A stretch of DNA of 15,069 bases from Candidatus Methylomirabilota bacterium (GTDB taxonomy: Bacteria > Methylomirabilota > Methylomirabilia > Rokubacteriales > CSP1-6). Below are positions 1 to 7,978 of the stretch, one piece after another (positions within the stretch are counted from its first letter, which is position 1; every line of letters starts with the position of its first letter). The DNA lies in assembly GCA_046726415.1 (NCBI GenBank), contig JBKPAK010000007.1, positions 1-15,069 of the forward strand, written 5' to 3'. A model generated the notes under the pieces. The model was not told the origin of the DNA, ran no database searches, and saw only the letters and a list, made by a program, of their open reading frames with translations. Position numbers and translations under genes: made by a program.

Positions 1-1
1 C

Positions 2-172
2 GACCCTCACAACCAGAAGATCACCCACTCCACGTTCGAGGAATACGGCCACAACGCCACCCACCTCCGGGATAACCTCCTGCTCGCCACGGTGCGCCTG
101 CTCGCGGGCTGGCCGAAGATGCCGGGCGAGCGCGACTGCTATGCCCGCTTCATGAAGGACTGGATCAACTAG
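2..172 (+). CDS. 3' end of a gene entering from the left edge; function unknown (weak resemblance to the C-terminal helix of MTAP/purine nucleoside phosphorylase-family proteins)
   Basis: Not in the ORF track because no start is visible. Frame 2 is open from 2 to TAG at 170-172 with strongly G/C-ending codons: DPHNQKITHSTFEEYGHNATHLRDNLLLATVRLLAGWPKMPGERDCYARFMKDWIN*. Coding status is well supported; the family guess (ITH...helix...ERDC) is low confidence. Confidence 0.7.
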   Translation, partial: DPHNQKITHSTFEEYGHNATHLRDNLLLATVRLLAGWPKMPGERDCYARFMKDWIN

Positions 173-276
173 CGACATTGGGTAGGAGCCGAAACCTGGC
201 GCGGTCTCGCGGGCGGGAACGTGGCGCCCGGGCCCATCTGTTCCTCCTGTCCGCGCGGCCTCGGCGGTCTCCGCGG

Positions 277-3009
277 TCACCCGGTGTTGCGCAGACCGGC
301 GGCGATGCCGTTGATGGTCACCACGATGACCTCGCGATAGCGTTCCGCCTCCGCTCCCTCGGGATCGTCGAGGGCCCGGAGTCGTTTGAGCATCTCGATT
401 TGGAGATAGTTGAGGGGATCCACGTAGGGATTCCGCAGTTGCACCGAGCGCTGGATGACGGGGTCGGCATCCATCAACTCGGCATGGCCCGTGACGCGGA
501 GAATCGCGGCGCGGGTGCGCGTGTGCTCGGCTTCGATCCGGGCAAAGATGGCCGCGGACGACCGCCGGTCGCCCGCGAGGTCTGAGTAGAGGGCGGCGAT
601 CCCCATGTCGGCCTTGAGCAGGGACATCTCGGTATTGTCGAGGAGGGCCCGGAAGAACGGCCACTCGGCGTACATCTCCGCGAGGATCCCCGCCTCGTCG
701 CTCTCGAGGGCGGTGCCGAGACCATACCACCCAGGGAGATTGAACCGACTCTGCATCCAGGAAAACACCCAGGGGATGGCTCGCACATCCGCGCGCGTGA
801 GGGTGCCGCGGCGGCGGCCCGTGGGGCGGGAGCCGAGCCGCAGCCGGCTGATCTCCTCGATGGGGGTGGCTGCGCGCCAGTAGTCCAGAAACCCCGGCGT
901 CTGCTCGACCAGGTCGTGATAGGCGCTGCGCGAAGCTCCCGCCATGGTATCCAGAGCGGCTCGCCATCGCGGTGAGACGTCCGGTGCGGGGGATCCCACC
1001 GAGGCCAGGAGGACCGCACTCACGATCTGCTCGAGGTGCCGGTGGGCAAGGTCGGGATCGGCGTAGCGGGAGGCGATGGTCTCTCCCTGCTCGGTGACGC
1101 GAAAGCGCCCACCCACCGTCCCCGGTGGCTGCGCCCGGATCGCGCGCCCGGCCGGGCCCCCACCGCGCGCGACGGTGCCGCCGCGGCCGTGGAATAGCGT
1201 GAGGGTCACGCCGTGCTCGCGGCAGACCTGGGCGATCGACTCCTGGGCCTGGTACAGCGCCCAGTTGGCGCCCAGGTATCCGCCGTCCTTGTTGCTGTCC
1301 GAATAGCCGATCATCACCATCTGTTCCATCCCGCATCCCGCGAGATGCGCGCGGTAGACATCAAGCCCGAACAGATCGGCCAGGATCCGGGGCCCCGCGG
1401 CGAGGTCGTCGAGCGTCTCGAAGAGCGGAACGATCGAGAGGCCGGGCGGGCAGTTCATCCAGCGCGTGAGCAGCAGGACGGCCAGCACATCGGCCGGTCC
1501 GCGCGTCATCGAGATGATCAACGGACCGAGCAACTCGCGGCCGTAGATGCCTTGGGCACGGGCGAGGAGACGGAAGAGCCGCCACGCCTCGCCGCCAGCG
1601 TCCCCCGCCACGGCCGCGGCCGCGGCCAGATCCGAAGGCTTCGGCGGGTGGTCGGCCAAGAGACGCAGGAGCCGCATCGCGCGTGTCCGGTCGTCGTGCT
1701 CAGCAAAATCGGGGTCGAGCCCGAGCGCGTGGAGGATCTCGCCCAGCGCCGCGGCCAGCCGGCCGGCATCCTCCCGAATATCGAGACGGGCCGTGTGAAA
1801 CCCGAAGGTCTCGAACCGGGCGCGCACGGCTTGCACGTGAGCGTTCGCCAACGCCGGAGGCATGGCCAGGGCGACCAGATCCAGGACCTCGCGCACTTCG
1901 TCCACGCTGACCCGAGCCCGATGCGGCGCCTCGTCCAGGAGCCGGGCCGCCATCTCCTCGCGTGAAGCGGCTTCGAGGTCGGCGGCGACGAGCGACAGCG
2001 CCAGACGGTAGGGCTCGGCCGCGTACCGCTGCTCGAGGTAGGCCACGTGCGGCGGCAGGGGCCGGCGCGCTTTGAGCCAGGCGGCCAGGGCAGGCGGCGG
2101 AGGGACGCGCCGTCCGCTCACGCTCAGGCGCCGGGCGAGATCGCTGAGACTCCGGCGATGGCGCTCGACGGCGAGCCCCCGGTGCAGGCGGAGGGTCTCC
2201 GCGGTCACCGACGCCACCACCGATGGGTTCCCATCGCGATCACCCCCGACCCAGGAGGCCAGGGTGAGCCAGGCGGCCGGCGCGGTGAGCCCTGGGTAGT
2301 GCTCGCCGAGCGCCGCGGCAAGGTCGTCGGCGATGCGCGGCAGGGCGTCCCAGAAGACGGCGTCGACGAAGTAGAGCCCGGTGCGGACCTCGTCGGTCAC
2401 CGCCGGGCGCGTCGTCCGGTTTCGATCGGTGAGCCAGAGTGCGGTGATCTCGGCGCGCAGCGCGGCCATTTCGGCGTCGCGCTCCCGGGGGAGGAGGTCC
2501 GGTTCGTGCAGCCGGCGCAGCGTCGCACCGACGCGCTGGAGCTTCGAGAGGATCGTCCGGCGCTTGGCCTCGGTGGGGTGCGCCGTCAGGACCAGCTCGA
2601 CCCGGAGCGCCTTCAGCAACGCCGCCAGCTGACTGGGCGTGACACCACGCGCCTTCAGCTGGGCCACCGCTTCGCCCACCGCCTCCCCGATGGGGGCGGG
2701 ATGCTGGACCCGCTCGCGGTCGCGCAGGGCCTGGATGCGGTGGGCCTCCTCGGCCAGGTTTACCAGGTCGAAGTAGACCGCGAACGCAGAAGCCGTGGCG
2801 CGGGCCGCATCGGTTGACAGCGCGGCCACCTCGACCGCCAGACGGTCGGATGCCCCTGTCTCGCCGGCGCGCAGCGCCTTGGCGAGAGCGCGGATCCGCT
2901 CCTCGGTCTCGAAGAGCTCGAGGGACTCCTGCGTCCGGAGCACCTCGCCGAGCATCTCGCCGAGCAGATGGATGGTGGCCGAGAGATCCAGACCGTAATC
3001 CTCCTGCAT
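277..3009 (-). CDS. ppc: Phosphoenolpyruvate carboxylase (bacterial/plant type, EC 4.1.1.31); true start may be CTG at 2991
   Basis: 910-aa ORF with the PEPC hallmark motifs VLTAHPTE (catalytic His), GGDRDGNP, VPLFET, MIGYSDSNKDGG (active-site Lys), FHGRGGTVARGGGP, RVTEQGE, RAIPWVFSW, LRNPYVDPLN and C-terminal RNTG. Confidence 0.98.
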   Translation of the reverse strand: MQEDYGLDLSATIHLLGEMLGEVLRTQESLELFETEERIRALAKALRAGETGASDRLAVEVAALSTDAARATASAFAVYFDLVNLAEEAHRIQALRDRERVQHPAPIGEAVGEAVAQLKARGVTPSQLAALLKALRVELVLTAHPTEAKRRTILSKLQRVGATLRRLHEPDLLPRERDAEMAALRAEITALWLTDRNRTTRPAVTDEVRTGLYFVDAVFWDALPRIADDLAAALGEHYPGLTAPAAWLTLASWVGGDRDGNPSVVASVTAETLRLHRGLAVERHRRSLSDLARRLSVSGRRVPPPPALAAWLKARRPLPPHVAYLEQRYAAEPYRLALSLVAADLEAASREEMAARLLDEAPHRARVSVDEVREVLDLVALAMPPALANAHVQAVRARFETFGFHTARLDIREDAGRLAAALGEILHALGLDPDFAEHDDRTRAMRLLRLLADHPPKPSDLAAAAAVAGDAGGEAWRLFRLLARAQGIYGRELLGPLIISMTRGPADVLAVLLLTRWMNCPPGLSIVPLFETLDDLAAGPRILADLFGLDVYRAHLAGCGMEQMVMIGYSDSNKDGGYLGANWALYQAQESIAQVCREHGVTLTLFHGRGGTVARGGGPAGRAIRAQPPGTVGGRFRVTEQGETIASRYADPDLAHRHLEQIVSAVLLASVGSPAPDVSPRWRAALDTMAGASRSAYHDLVEQTPGFLDYWRAATPIEEISRLRLGSRPTGRRRGTLTRADVRAIPWVFSWMQSRFNLPGWYGLGTALESDEAGILAEMYAEWPFFRALLDNTEMSLLKADMGIAALYSDLAGDRRSSAAIFARIEAEHTRTRAAILRVTGHAELMDADPVIQRSVQLRNPYVDPLNYLQIEMLKRLRALDDPEGAEAERYREVIVVTINGIAAGLRNTG

Positions 3010-3099
3010 TCCGACGGCGCGGTGTCGGCTCTCGGCGGTGAGGGCCGGCGAAGGGTGTGCCGCAGCCCGCGGCGCTGCAGGGCTTCAGCCGGTACAAGA

Positions 3100-3129
3100 C
3101 CTATAGTCCCGCGAACGCGGTAAAGTCAA
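3100..3129 (-). promoter_or_regulatory. Putative sigma70-type promoter for ppc
   Basis: Minus strand reads cTTGACT (3129-3124) - 18 nt - TATAGG (3105-3100), in a locally AT-richer patch about 90 nt upstream of ppc. Confidence 0.5.
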
Positions 3130-3212
3130 GGTCGGTGAACGGAATACCGGCTTGGCCTCGTCACCGCGTGGCCGGAGGATAATCGGCCTCATCGACGAAG
3201 GAGGAGAGATCC

Positions 3213-4181
3213 ATGCCCTTCACCATCGTGATGCTGCCGCCCCAGACCGACATCACGCGCTCCTGGGCCAAGCGCATCGCCGGCGAGGAACGCCAGGCGC
3301 GCGTGGTCGTGGCCGAGAACCCGGAGGAAGCCGCGCGGGAGATCGCCGATGCCGAGGCGGCCTACGGCACGCTTCCGCCCGCCCTGCTGGACTCGGCCCG
3401 ACGCCTGCGCTGGCTCCAGGCCCCGCAGGCCGCGCCTCCCGCTGGCTGGTACTACCCGGAGCTGATCCGTCACCCCGTGGTCGTCACCAACTTCCGGGAG
3501 ATCTACAACGACCACATCGGTGCGCACATCATGGCCTTCATCCTGGCTTTCGCCCGCGGCCTGCACTACTACATTCCGCGGCAGCTCAACCGCCAGTGGA
3601 AGCGGGAAGCCCTCGATACCGGCGTGATCCATCTTCCCGCGGCCTCCGCGCTCATCATCGGCGTGGGGGGAATTGGAAGCGAGGCGGCGAGGCTGTGCGC
3701 GGCCTTCGGCCTGCAGGTGATCGGCGTCGACGCCCGGCGCCGCGACCGCCCGGCGGGAATGAGCGAACTGCATCGGCCCGACGCGCTCGATACCCTTCTG
3801 CCCCGCGCCGACTTCGTCGTCCTCACCGTCCCCCACACACCGGCCACCGAGGGCTTCATGGACCGACGGCGCTTCCAGTTGATGAAGCGAGGCGCGTTCT
3901 TCATCAACATCGGGCGCGGGATGACCACCCGTCTCGACGACCTGGTCGCGGCGCTCCGCGCCGGCGAGATCGCCGGAGCCGGCCTCGACGTATTCGAGCA
4001 TGAGCCACTGCCGGCCGACCATCCCCTGTGGACCCTGCCGGGCGTGCTCATCACCCCGCACACGGCCGGCTTCGGCCCCTTTCTCGACGAGCGCCGCCTG
4101 GAGATCCTGATCGACAACTGCCATCGCTTCGCCGCCGGCCTGCCCCTGCGCAACGTGGTGGACAAGGCCGCCTGGTTCTGA
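3213..4181 (+). CDS. D-isomer-specific 2-hydroxyacid dehydrogenase, probably NAD-dependent; substrate unknown
   Basis: 322 aa. SD AAGGAGG at 3198-3204. Rossmann motif IIGVGGIG, acidic Asp after beta-B (GVDARR), and catalytic triad contexts NIGRG (Arg), DVFEHEP (Glu) and TPHTAG (His). Confidence 0.95.
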   Translation: MPFTIVMLPPQTDITRSWAKRIAGEERQARVVVAENPEEAAREIADAEAAYGTLPPALLDSARRLRWLQAPQAAPPAGWYYPELIRHPVVVTNFREIYNDHIGAHIMAFILAFARGLHYYIPRQLNRQWKREALDTGVIHLPAASALIIGVGGIGSEAARLCAAFGLQVIGVDARRRDRPAGMSELHRPDALDTLLPRADFVVLTVPHTPATEGFMDRRRFQLMKRGAFFINIGRGMTTRLDDLVAALRAGEIAGAGLDVFEHEPLPADHPLWTLPGVLITPHTAGFGPFLDERRLEILIDNCHRFAAGLPLRNVVDKAAWF

Positions 4182-4321
4182 CCACATCGCGGGGAACCGT
4201 CCCAAGCCGCGCCTCCGTAGACGTGAGGCTGAGGCGTCCGCAAGCGACTCCTTCGCCTGGGGAAGTGGTGGCCCGACTCGAGCAACTGAGAGGTCGGGGC
4301 GTTCAGGTCACAGCGGAGATC

Positions 4322-4364
4322 GCACCCGGCAGCCTCGCGGATCGCAGGCATGCGGCCGGGTTGC
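4322..4364. terminator. GC-rich stem-loop between convergent gene ends; possible terminator or 3' stabiliser
   Basis: GCACCCGGC (4322-4330) pairs with GCCGGGTTGC (4355-4364, one bulge), enclosing an inner GCCT-c-GCG/CGC-AGGC stem. It lies 3 nt past the permease C stop. There is no U-tract. Confidence 0.35.
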
Positions 4365-4367
4365 CCG

Positions 4368-5228
4368 TCAGATCTGCCGGCGCAGGCGCGGGTCGAGCAT
4401 GTCGCGCAGGCCATCACCGAGGATGTTGACCGCCAGAACGGTAAGGGCCAGGAAGATTCCCGGGAAGAGGATGTTGTGAGGGAAGAGGCGGAAGAGGGCA
4501 CGTCCCTCTGCCATGATGTTGCCCCAGGTCGGGACCTCCGGCGGGATGCCGACGCCGAGAAAGCTCAGGATCGCTTCGACCAGGATGGCCGAACCGCACA
4601 CGAATGTGCCCTGGACCGCGAGAGGGGCCAGAGTGTTGGGCAGGACGTGCCGGGTCAGCAGGCGCGGGGTGGGCGAGCCCAAGGCCAGCGCGGCCTCCAC
4701 GTATGGCTCCTCCCGGATGGAGAGCACCACCGAGCGCACCAGGCGGACTACGCGCGGGATCTCCGGAATCACGATGGCGAGGATGACCGTGCGCAGGCTG
4801 GCCTTCGACAGCGACACCAGGGCGATGGCCAGCAGGATGGCCGGCACGGCCATCAGCCCGTCCATGACGCGCATCACGATGCTGTCGAGCCAGCGCAGGT
4901 AGCCGGCCAGGACGCCGATCACGAGGCCCGTGGCCACGCTGAGGAACGCCACCGAGATACCGACCACCAGCGACACGCGCGCGCCGTACACCACGCGGCT
5001 GTAGATGTCGCGACCCAGGCTGTCCGTCCCCATCCAGTATGTGACCCTCCCCTGGCTGCCGTCCGCGTTCCGCACCACAGCTTCGGTCCCGGGCCGCTTG
5101 TTGCGAGCCACCGGATCGATCTGGGCGGGATCGCGCGTTCCCAGAAACGGCGCCACCAGGCCGACCACCACGATCACGGCGAGGAGAGTGCCGCCCAGCA
5201 GCACGCTGCGCTGACGGGCCAGCCTCAA
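4368..5228 (-). CDS. Peptide/nickel ABC transporter permease, DppC/OppC-like (cassette 1)
   Basis: 286 aa. Contains the WMGTDSLGRDIYSRVVYGARVSL signature, hydrophobic TM segments, EAA loop YVEAALALG, and C-terminal NILGDGLRDMLDPR. Its TTG start overlaps the upstream TGA (TTGA, 5225-5228). Confidence 0.95.
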   Translation of the reverse strand: MRLARQRSVLLGGTLLAVIVVVGLVAPFLGTRDPAQIDPVARNKRPGTEAVVRNADGSQGRVTYWMGTDSLGRDIYSRVVYGARVSLVVGISVAFLSVATGLVIGVLAGYLRWLDSIVMRVMDGLMAVPAILLAIALVSLSKASLRTVILAIVIPEIPRVVRLVRSVVLSIREEPYVEAALALGSPTPRLLTRHVLPNTLAPLAVQGTFVCGSAILVEAILSFLGVGIPPEVPTWGNIMAEGRALFRLFPHNILFPGIFLALTVLAVNILGDGLRDMLDPRLRRQI

Positions 5229-6166
5229 TAGCGAATCCTCGGATCGAGGACCGTGTAGAGCAGGTCAACCAGCAGATTGATCAGCACGTACACGACGGAG
5301 AACAGCAGGACGACCGCCTGGATCGTCGGGTAGTCGCGGGCCAGCACCGCGTCGACGGTGAGGCGCCCGAGCCCCGGAATGCTGTAGACCGACTCGGTCA
5401 CGACCACGCCGCCGATCAGAAGCGCCACCCCGAGGCCGATGACGGTCACGATCGGCACGGCGGCATTGCGCAGCACGTGCCGCAGCAGCACAGGCGGCTC
5501 GGCGAGCCCTTTGGCGCGCGCGGTCCGGACGTGGTCGGCACCGAGCACTTCCAGGACGCTGGCCCGCGTGATGCGCGCAATGAGGGCCACGTAGATCACG
5601 GCCAAGGTGACGCTGGGCAGGATCAATCGCTGGATGAAGCCGGGGAAACCGTCGCGCAGGCGCTGGTAGCCCTGCACGGGGAGCCAGCTCAACTCGATGG
5701 CGAAGAGATAGATGAGGGCGTACCCGATCACGAACACGGGGACGGAGAAGCCGAAGACGGACAGCGCCATGACCCCGCGATCGATCCACGTGCCCCGCCA
5801 GTAGCCAGCCAGGACACCCAGCGGCACCGCGATGAGCACCGTGAGAAGGATGGTGCACGTGGCGAGCGCCACCGTCGGCTCCAGCCGCTCCCCGATCAGC
5901 TCGACCACGGTCTTCTTGAAGAAAAACGACTCGCCGAGGTCGCCGCGCAGGAGGTTGCCAATCCAGATGGCGAACTGCTCCACCAGGGGGCGATCGAGGC
6001 CGAGACGTGTCCGGATGTCCGCCACCTGCTGGGCGGTGGCGTTGTCACCGGCGATCACCGCGGCGGGATCTCCGGCGGTGAGGCGAAGGAGGAGGAACAC
6101 GAAGACGGCCACGACGGCCAGGACGGGAATCGTGGCGAGGAGGCGTCGGGCGATGTAGCCGAGCAT
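5225..6166 (-). CDS. Peptide/nickel ABC transporter permease, DppB/OppB-like (cassette 1); start ATG 6166 or GTG 6169
   Basis: MLGYIARRLL...GDPA...LGLDRPL...GDLGES, EAA loop HVRTARAKGL, RHVLRNA, RDYPTIQ, and C-terminal LDPRIRY. Confidence 0.95.
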   Translation of the reverse strand: MLGYIARRLLATIPVLAVVAVFVFLLLRLTAGDPAAVIAGDNATAQQVADIRTRLGLDRPLVEQFAIWIGNLLRGDLGESFFFKKTVVELIGERLEPTVALATCTILLTVLIAVPLGVLAGYWRGTWIDRGVMALSVFGFSVPVFVIGYALIYLFAIELSWLPVQGYQRLRDGFPGFIQRLILPSVTLAVIYVALIARITRASVLEVLGADHVRTARAKGLAEPPVLLRHVLRNAAVPIVTVIGLGVALLIGGVVVTESVYSIPGLGRLTVDAVLARDYPTIQAVVLLFSVVYVLINLLVDLLYTVLDPRIRY

Positions 6167-6174
6167 CACGCGCA

Positions 6175-6234
6175 GGGCGTAAGGCGCGGCGGCGCGTGAG
6201 GCGGGATGATCACGCGCGGCCGCGACTTACGCCC
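6175..6234. repeat. 25-bp inverted repeat (2 mismatches, 10-nt loop) between the SBP and permease genes
   Basis: Left arm 6175-6199 is GGGCGTAAGGCGCGGCGGCGCGTGA. The reverse complement of the right arm (6210-6234) is GGGCGTAAGTCGCGGCCGCGCGTGA. They match at 23/25. Confidence 0.9.
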
Positions 6235-6240
6235 ACGAGA

Positions 6241-7830
6241 TCAGTTCTTCTTCTCGATGTTCCAGAACACTGTCACCGGGGCCTCGAGCGAGCCGGTCAC
6301 GTTCTTCTGCATGGCCGCCGACTGGTACCACTGGCCGAGGTGGACATGGGTCGGGTACTGCGTCACCCGGACCTGCACGGCCTCGGCGATGGCCTTCTGC
6401 TTGGCCGGGCTGGTCTCCCGCGCGAACTGGTCGCGCAGCCCTTCCATGTCCTTGTCGCAGGGCCAGCCAAACATGGCCTTCTCGCAGCTCGCGTTCAGGA
6501 AGCCGGCCATCACCGGATTCAGAATGTCCGCGGCCACCCACGAGGTCAGGAAGGCGTGCCACCCACCCTGCGCCGGTGGGTCCTTCTTGGCTCGGCGGGC
6601 TACCAAGGTCTGCCAGTCCATCGACTGCATGTCCACCCTGAAGCCGCCCTTCTCCATGAGCGACTTGGCCACCGGGGCGAGGTTGTTCAGGACGGCCAGA
6701 TCCGTGGAGTGCATCAGCACGATGGGCGTCCCGTCGTAGCCCGCCTCCTTGAGGAGCGCCTTGGACTTCTCGAAGTTGGATTCGAGCAGGCCGTCCATCC
6801 CTTTGGTGGACTCCAGCGACGTCCCGCACGGGAACAGGGCCTTGCAGACCTTGTAGTAGGCGGGGTCGCCGATGACCGCCTTGAGGAAGTCCTCCTGGTT
6901 GAAGGCGTAGAACAGGGCCTGGCGGACTTTGGCGTTGTCGAAGGGCTTGTGGAGCGTGTTGAAGCGGAACGTGTACTGGTTGCCGAGCGGGTTCAGGTTC
7001 ACCAGCTTGACGTTGGCGTCCTTCTTCAGTACGGGATAGAGATCGTGGGGCGGCGACTCGATGTAGTCGATCTCGCCGGCCAGCAGCGCGTTGATGGCCG
7101 TCTGGTGGTCGGCGATGGCGCGCCACTCGACGCGATCGACCTTGGCCGCCTTGCCGCCGGCGAGACCGGACGGCGGCTCGGGACGCGGTTTGTATTGCGG
7201 GAACTTCACATAAACGGCCTTGTCCCCCGGCTTCCACTCCTCGCGCTTGAAGACGAACGGACCGGAGCCGATGAACTCGGAAATCTGCGTATTCGGATCG
7301 GTCTCCGCCACCCGCTTGGGCATCATGAACGGCACGTTCGAGCTGGGCTTGCCCAGGGCGGGCAGGACGAGACCCGTCTGCTCCTTGAGGGCGATGCGGA
7401 ACGTTTTCGGGTTCACCACCTGGATGTCCTTCACGAAGGACATCATCTTCTGACCCATCGAGTCCTTGGCCGCCCAGCGCTTGATGGAGGCCACGCAGTC
7501 CTCCGCCGTCACCGGCTTGCCGTCGTGCCAGAGCAAGCCATCGCGCAGGGTCATCGTATAGGTGAGCTTGTCGGCGCTCAGCTCATACTTGTCGACCATC
7601 TGGGGGCGGATCTCACCCTTGCCGTCCATGGCGAAGAGGGTGTCGTACACCATGTAGCCGTGGTTGCGAACGATGTAGGCCGTCGTCCAGATGGGGTCGA
7701 CGATCTTGAGGTCGGAGTGCATCACCACGCGCAAGGCCGTGTCGGCGCTCGCGGGGCCGACGGCACCGCCCAGGGTGGCGAGGATGGGCAGGATCAGGCA
7801 CAGCGCTGTGACGGATCGGAAGGCAGTCAT
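6241..7830 (-). CDS. ABC transporter substrate-binding protein, family 5 (DppA/OppA/NikA-like), Sec signal peptide (cassette 1)
   Basis: 529 aa. SD GGAGG just upstream, Sec-type signal ending GPASA, and family-5 motifs VYDTLF, TLRDGLLWHDGKPVTAEDCVAS, IGSGPFVF, PFDNAKVRQA and AKALL-like SKALLKEAGY. Confidence 0.95.
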   Translation of the reverse strand: MTAFRSVTALCLILPILATLGGAVGPASADTALRVVMHSDLKIVDPIWTTAYIVRNHGYMVYDTLFAMDGKGEIRPQMVDKYELSADKLTYTMTLRDGLLWHDGKPVTAEDCVASIKRWAAKDSMGQKMMSFVKDIQVVNPKTFRIALKEQTGLVLPALGKPSSNVPFMMPKRVAETDPNTQISEFIGSGPFVFKREEWKPGDKAVYVKFPQYKPRPEPPSGLAGGKAAKVDRVEWRAIADHQTAINALLAGEIDYIESPPHDLYPVLKKDANVKLVNLNPLGNQYTFRFNTLHKPFDNAKVRQALFYAFNQEDFLKAVIGDPAYYKVCKALFPCGTSLESTKGMDGLLESNFEKSKALLKEAGYDGTPIVLMHSTDLAVLNNLAPVAKSLMEKGGFRVDMQSMDWQTLVARRAKKDPPAQGGWHAFLTSWVAADILNPVMAGFLNASCEKAMFGWPCDKDMEGLRDQFARETSPAKQKAIAEAVQVRVTQYPTHVHLGQWYQSAAMQKNVTGSLEAPVTVFWNIEKKN

Positions 7831-7948
7831 AGAGACCTCCCCGGGAGCAATCGGTTCGCGTGAGTCGCGGGCGGGCGACGCCCTCCGTCCCCCTCCCTGC
7901 TCGCTGTTCGTTGAGCGTCAGTGCCCAGGATTCGCGGGGCGCTGCCGA

Positions 7949-7978
7949 GACATAAACACACGCCGAGCACCGTGTCAA
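7949..7978 (-). promoter_or_regulatory. Putative sigma70-type promoter for ABC cassette 1
   Basis: Perfect TTGACA (7978-7973), then 18 nt, then TATGTC (7954-7949); alternatively 17 nt then TTATGT. It lies about 120 nt upstream of the SBP start. Confidence 0.55.

Noticed and set aside
208..255. Imperfect stem CGCGGGCGGGA/TCCTGTCCGCG between the convergent left-edge gene and ppc as an intrinsic terminator
   Set aside because: It needs G-U pairs, has a large loop and no U-tract, and is expected by chance in GC-rich DNA.
3152..3183. Promoter for the dehydrogenase (TTGGCC ... GATAAT)
   Set aside because: The boxes are 20 nt apart. A promoter probably exists here, but I cannot define it reliably.
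4193..4221. ECF-sigma-like GGAACC-N17-CGTAG, and GGAACTT at 10863
   Set aside because: Both point along the + strand toward antisense regions with no supported gene, and the -10 matches are weak.
6196..7863. 555-aa + strand ORF antisense to SBP 1 (likewise 12420-14078, 4350-5231, 13996-14925 and 3189-4205)
   Set aside because: These are in-register antisense shadows of well-supported genes with no domain signatures.
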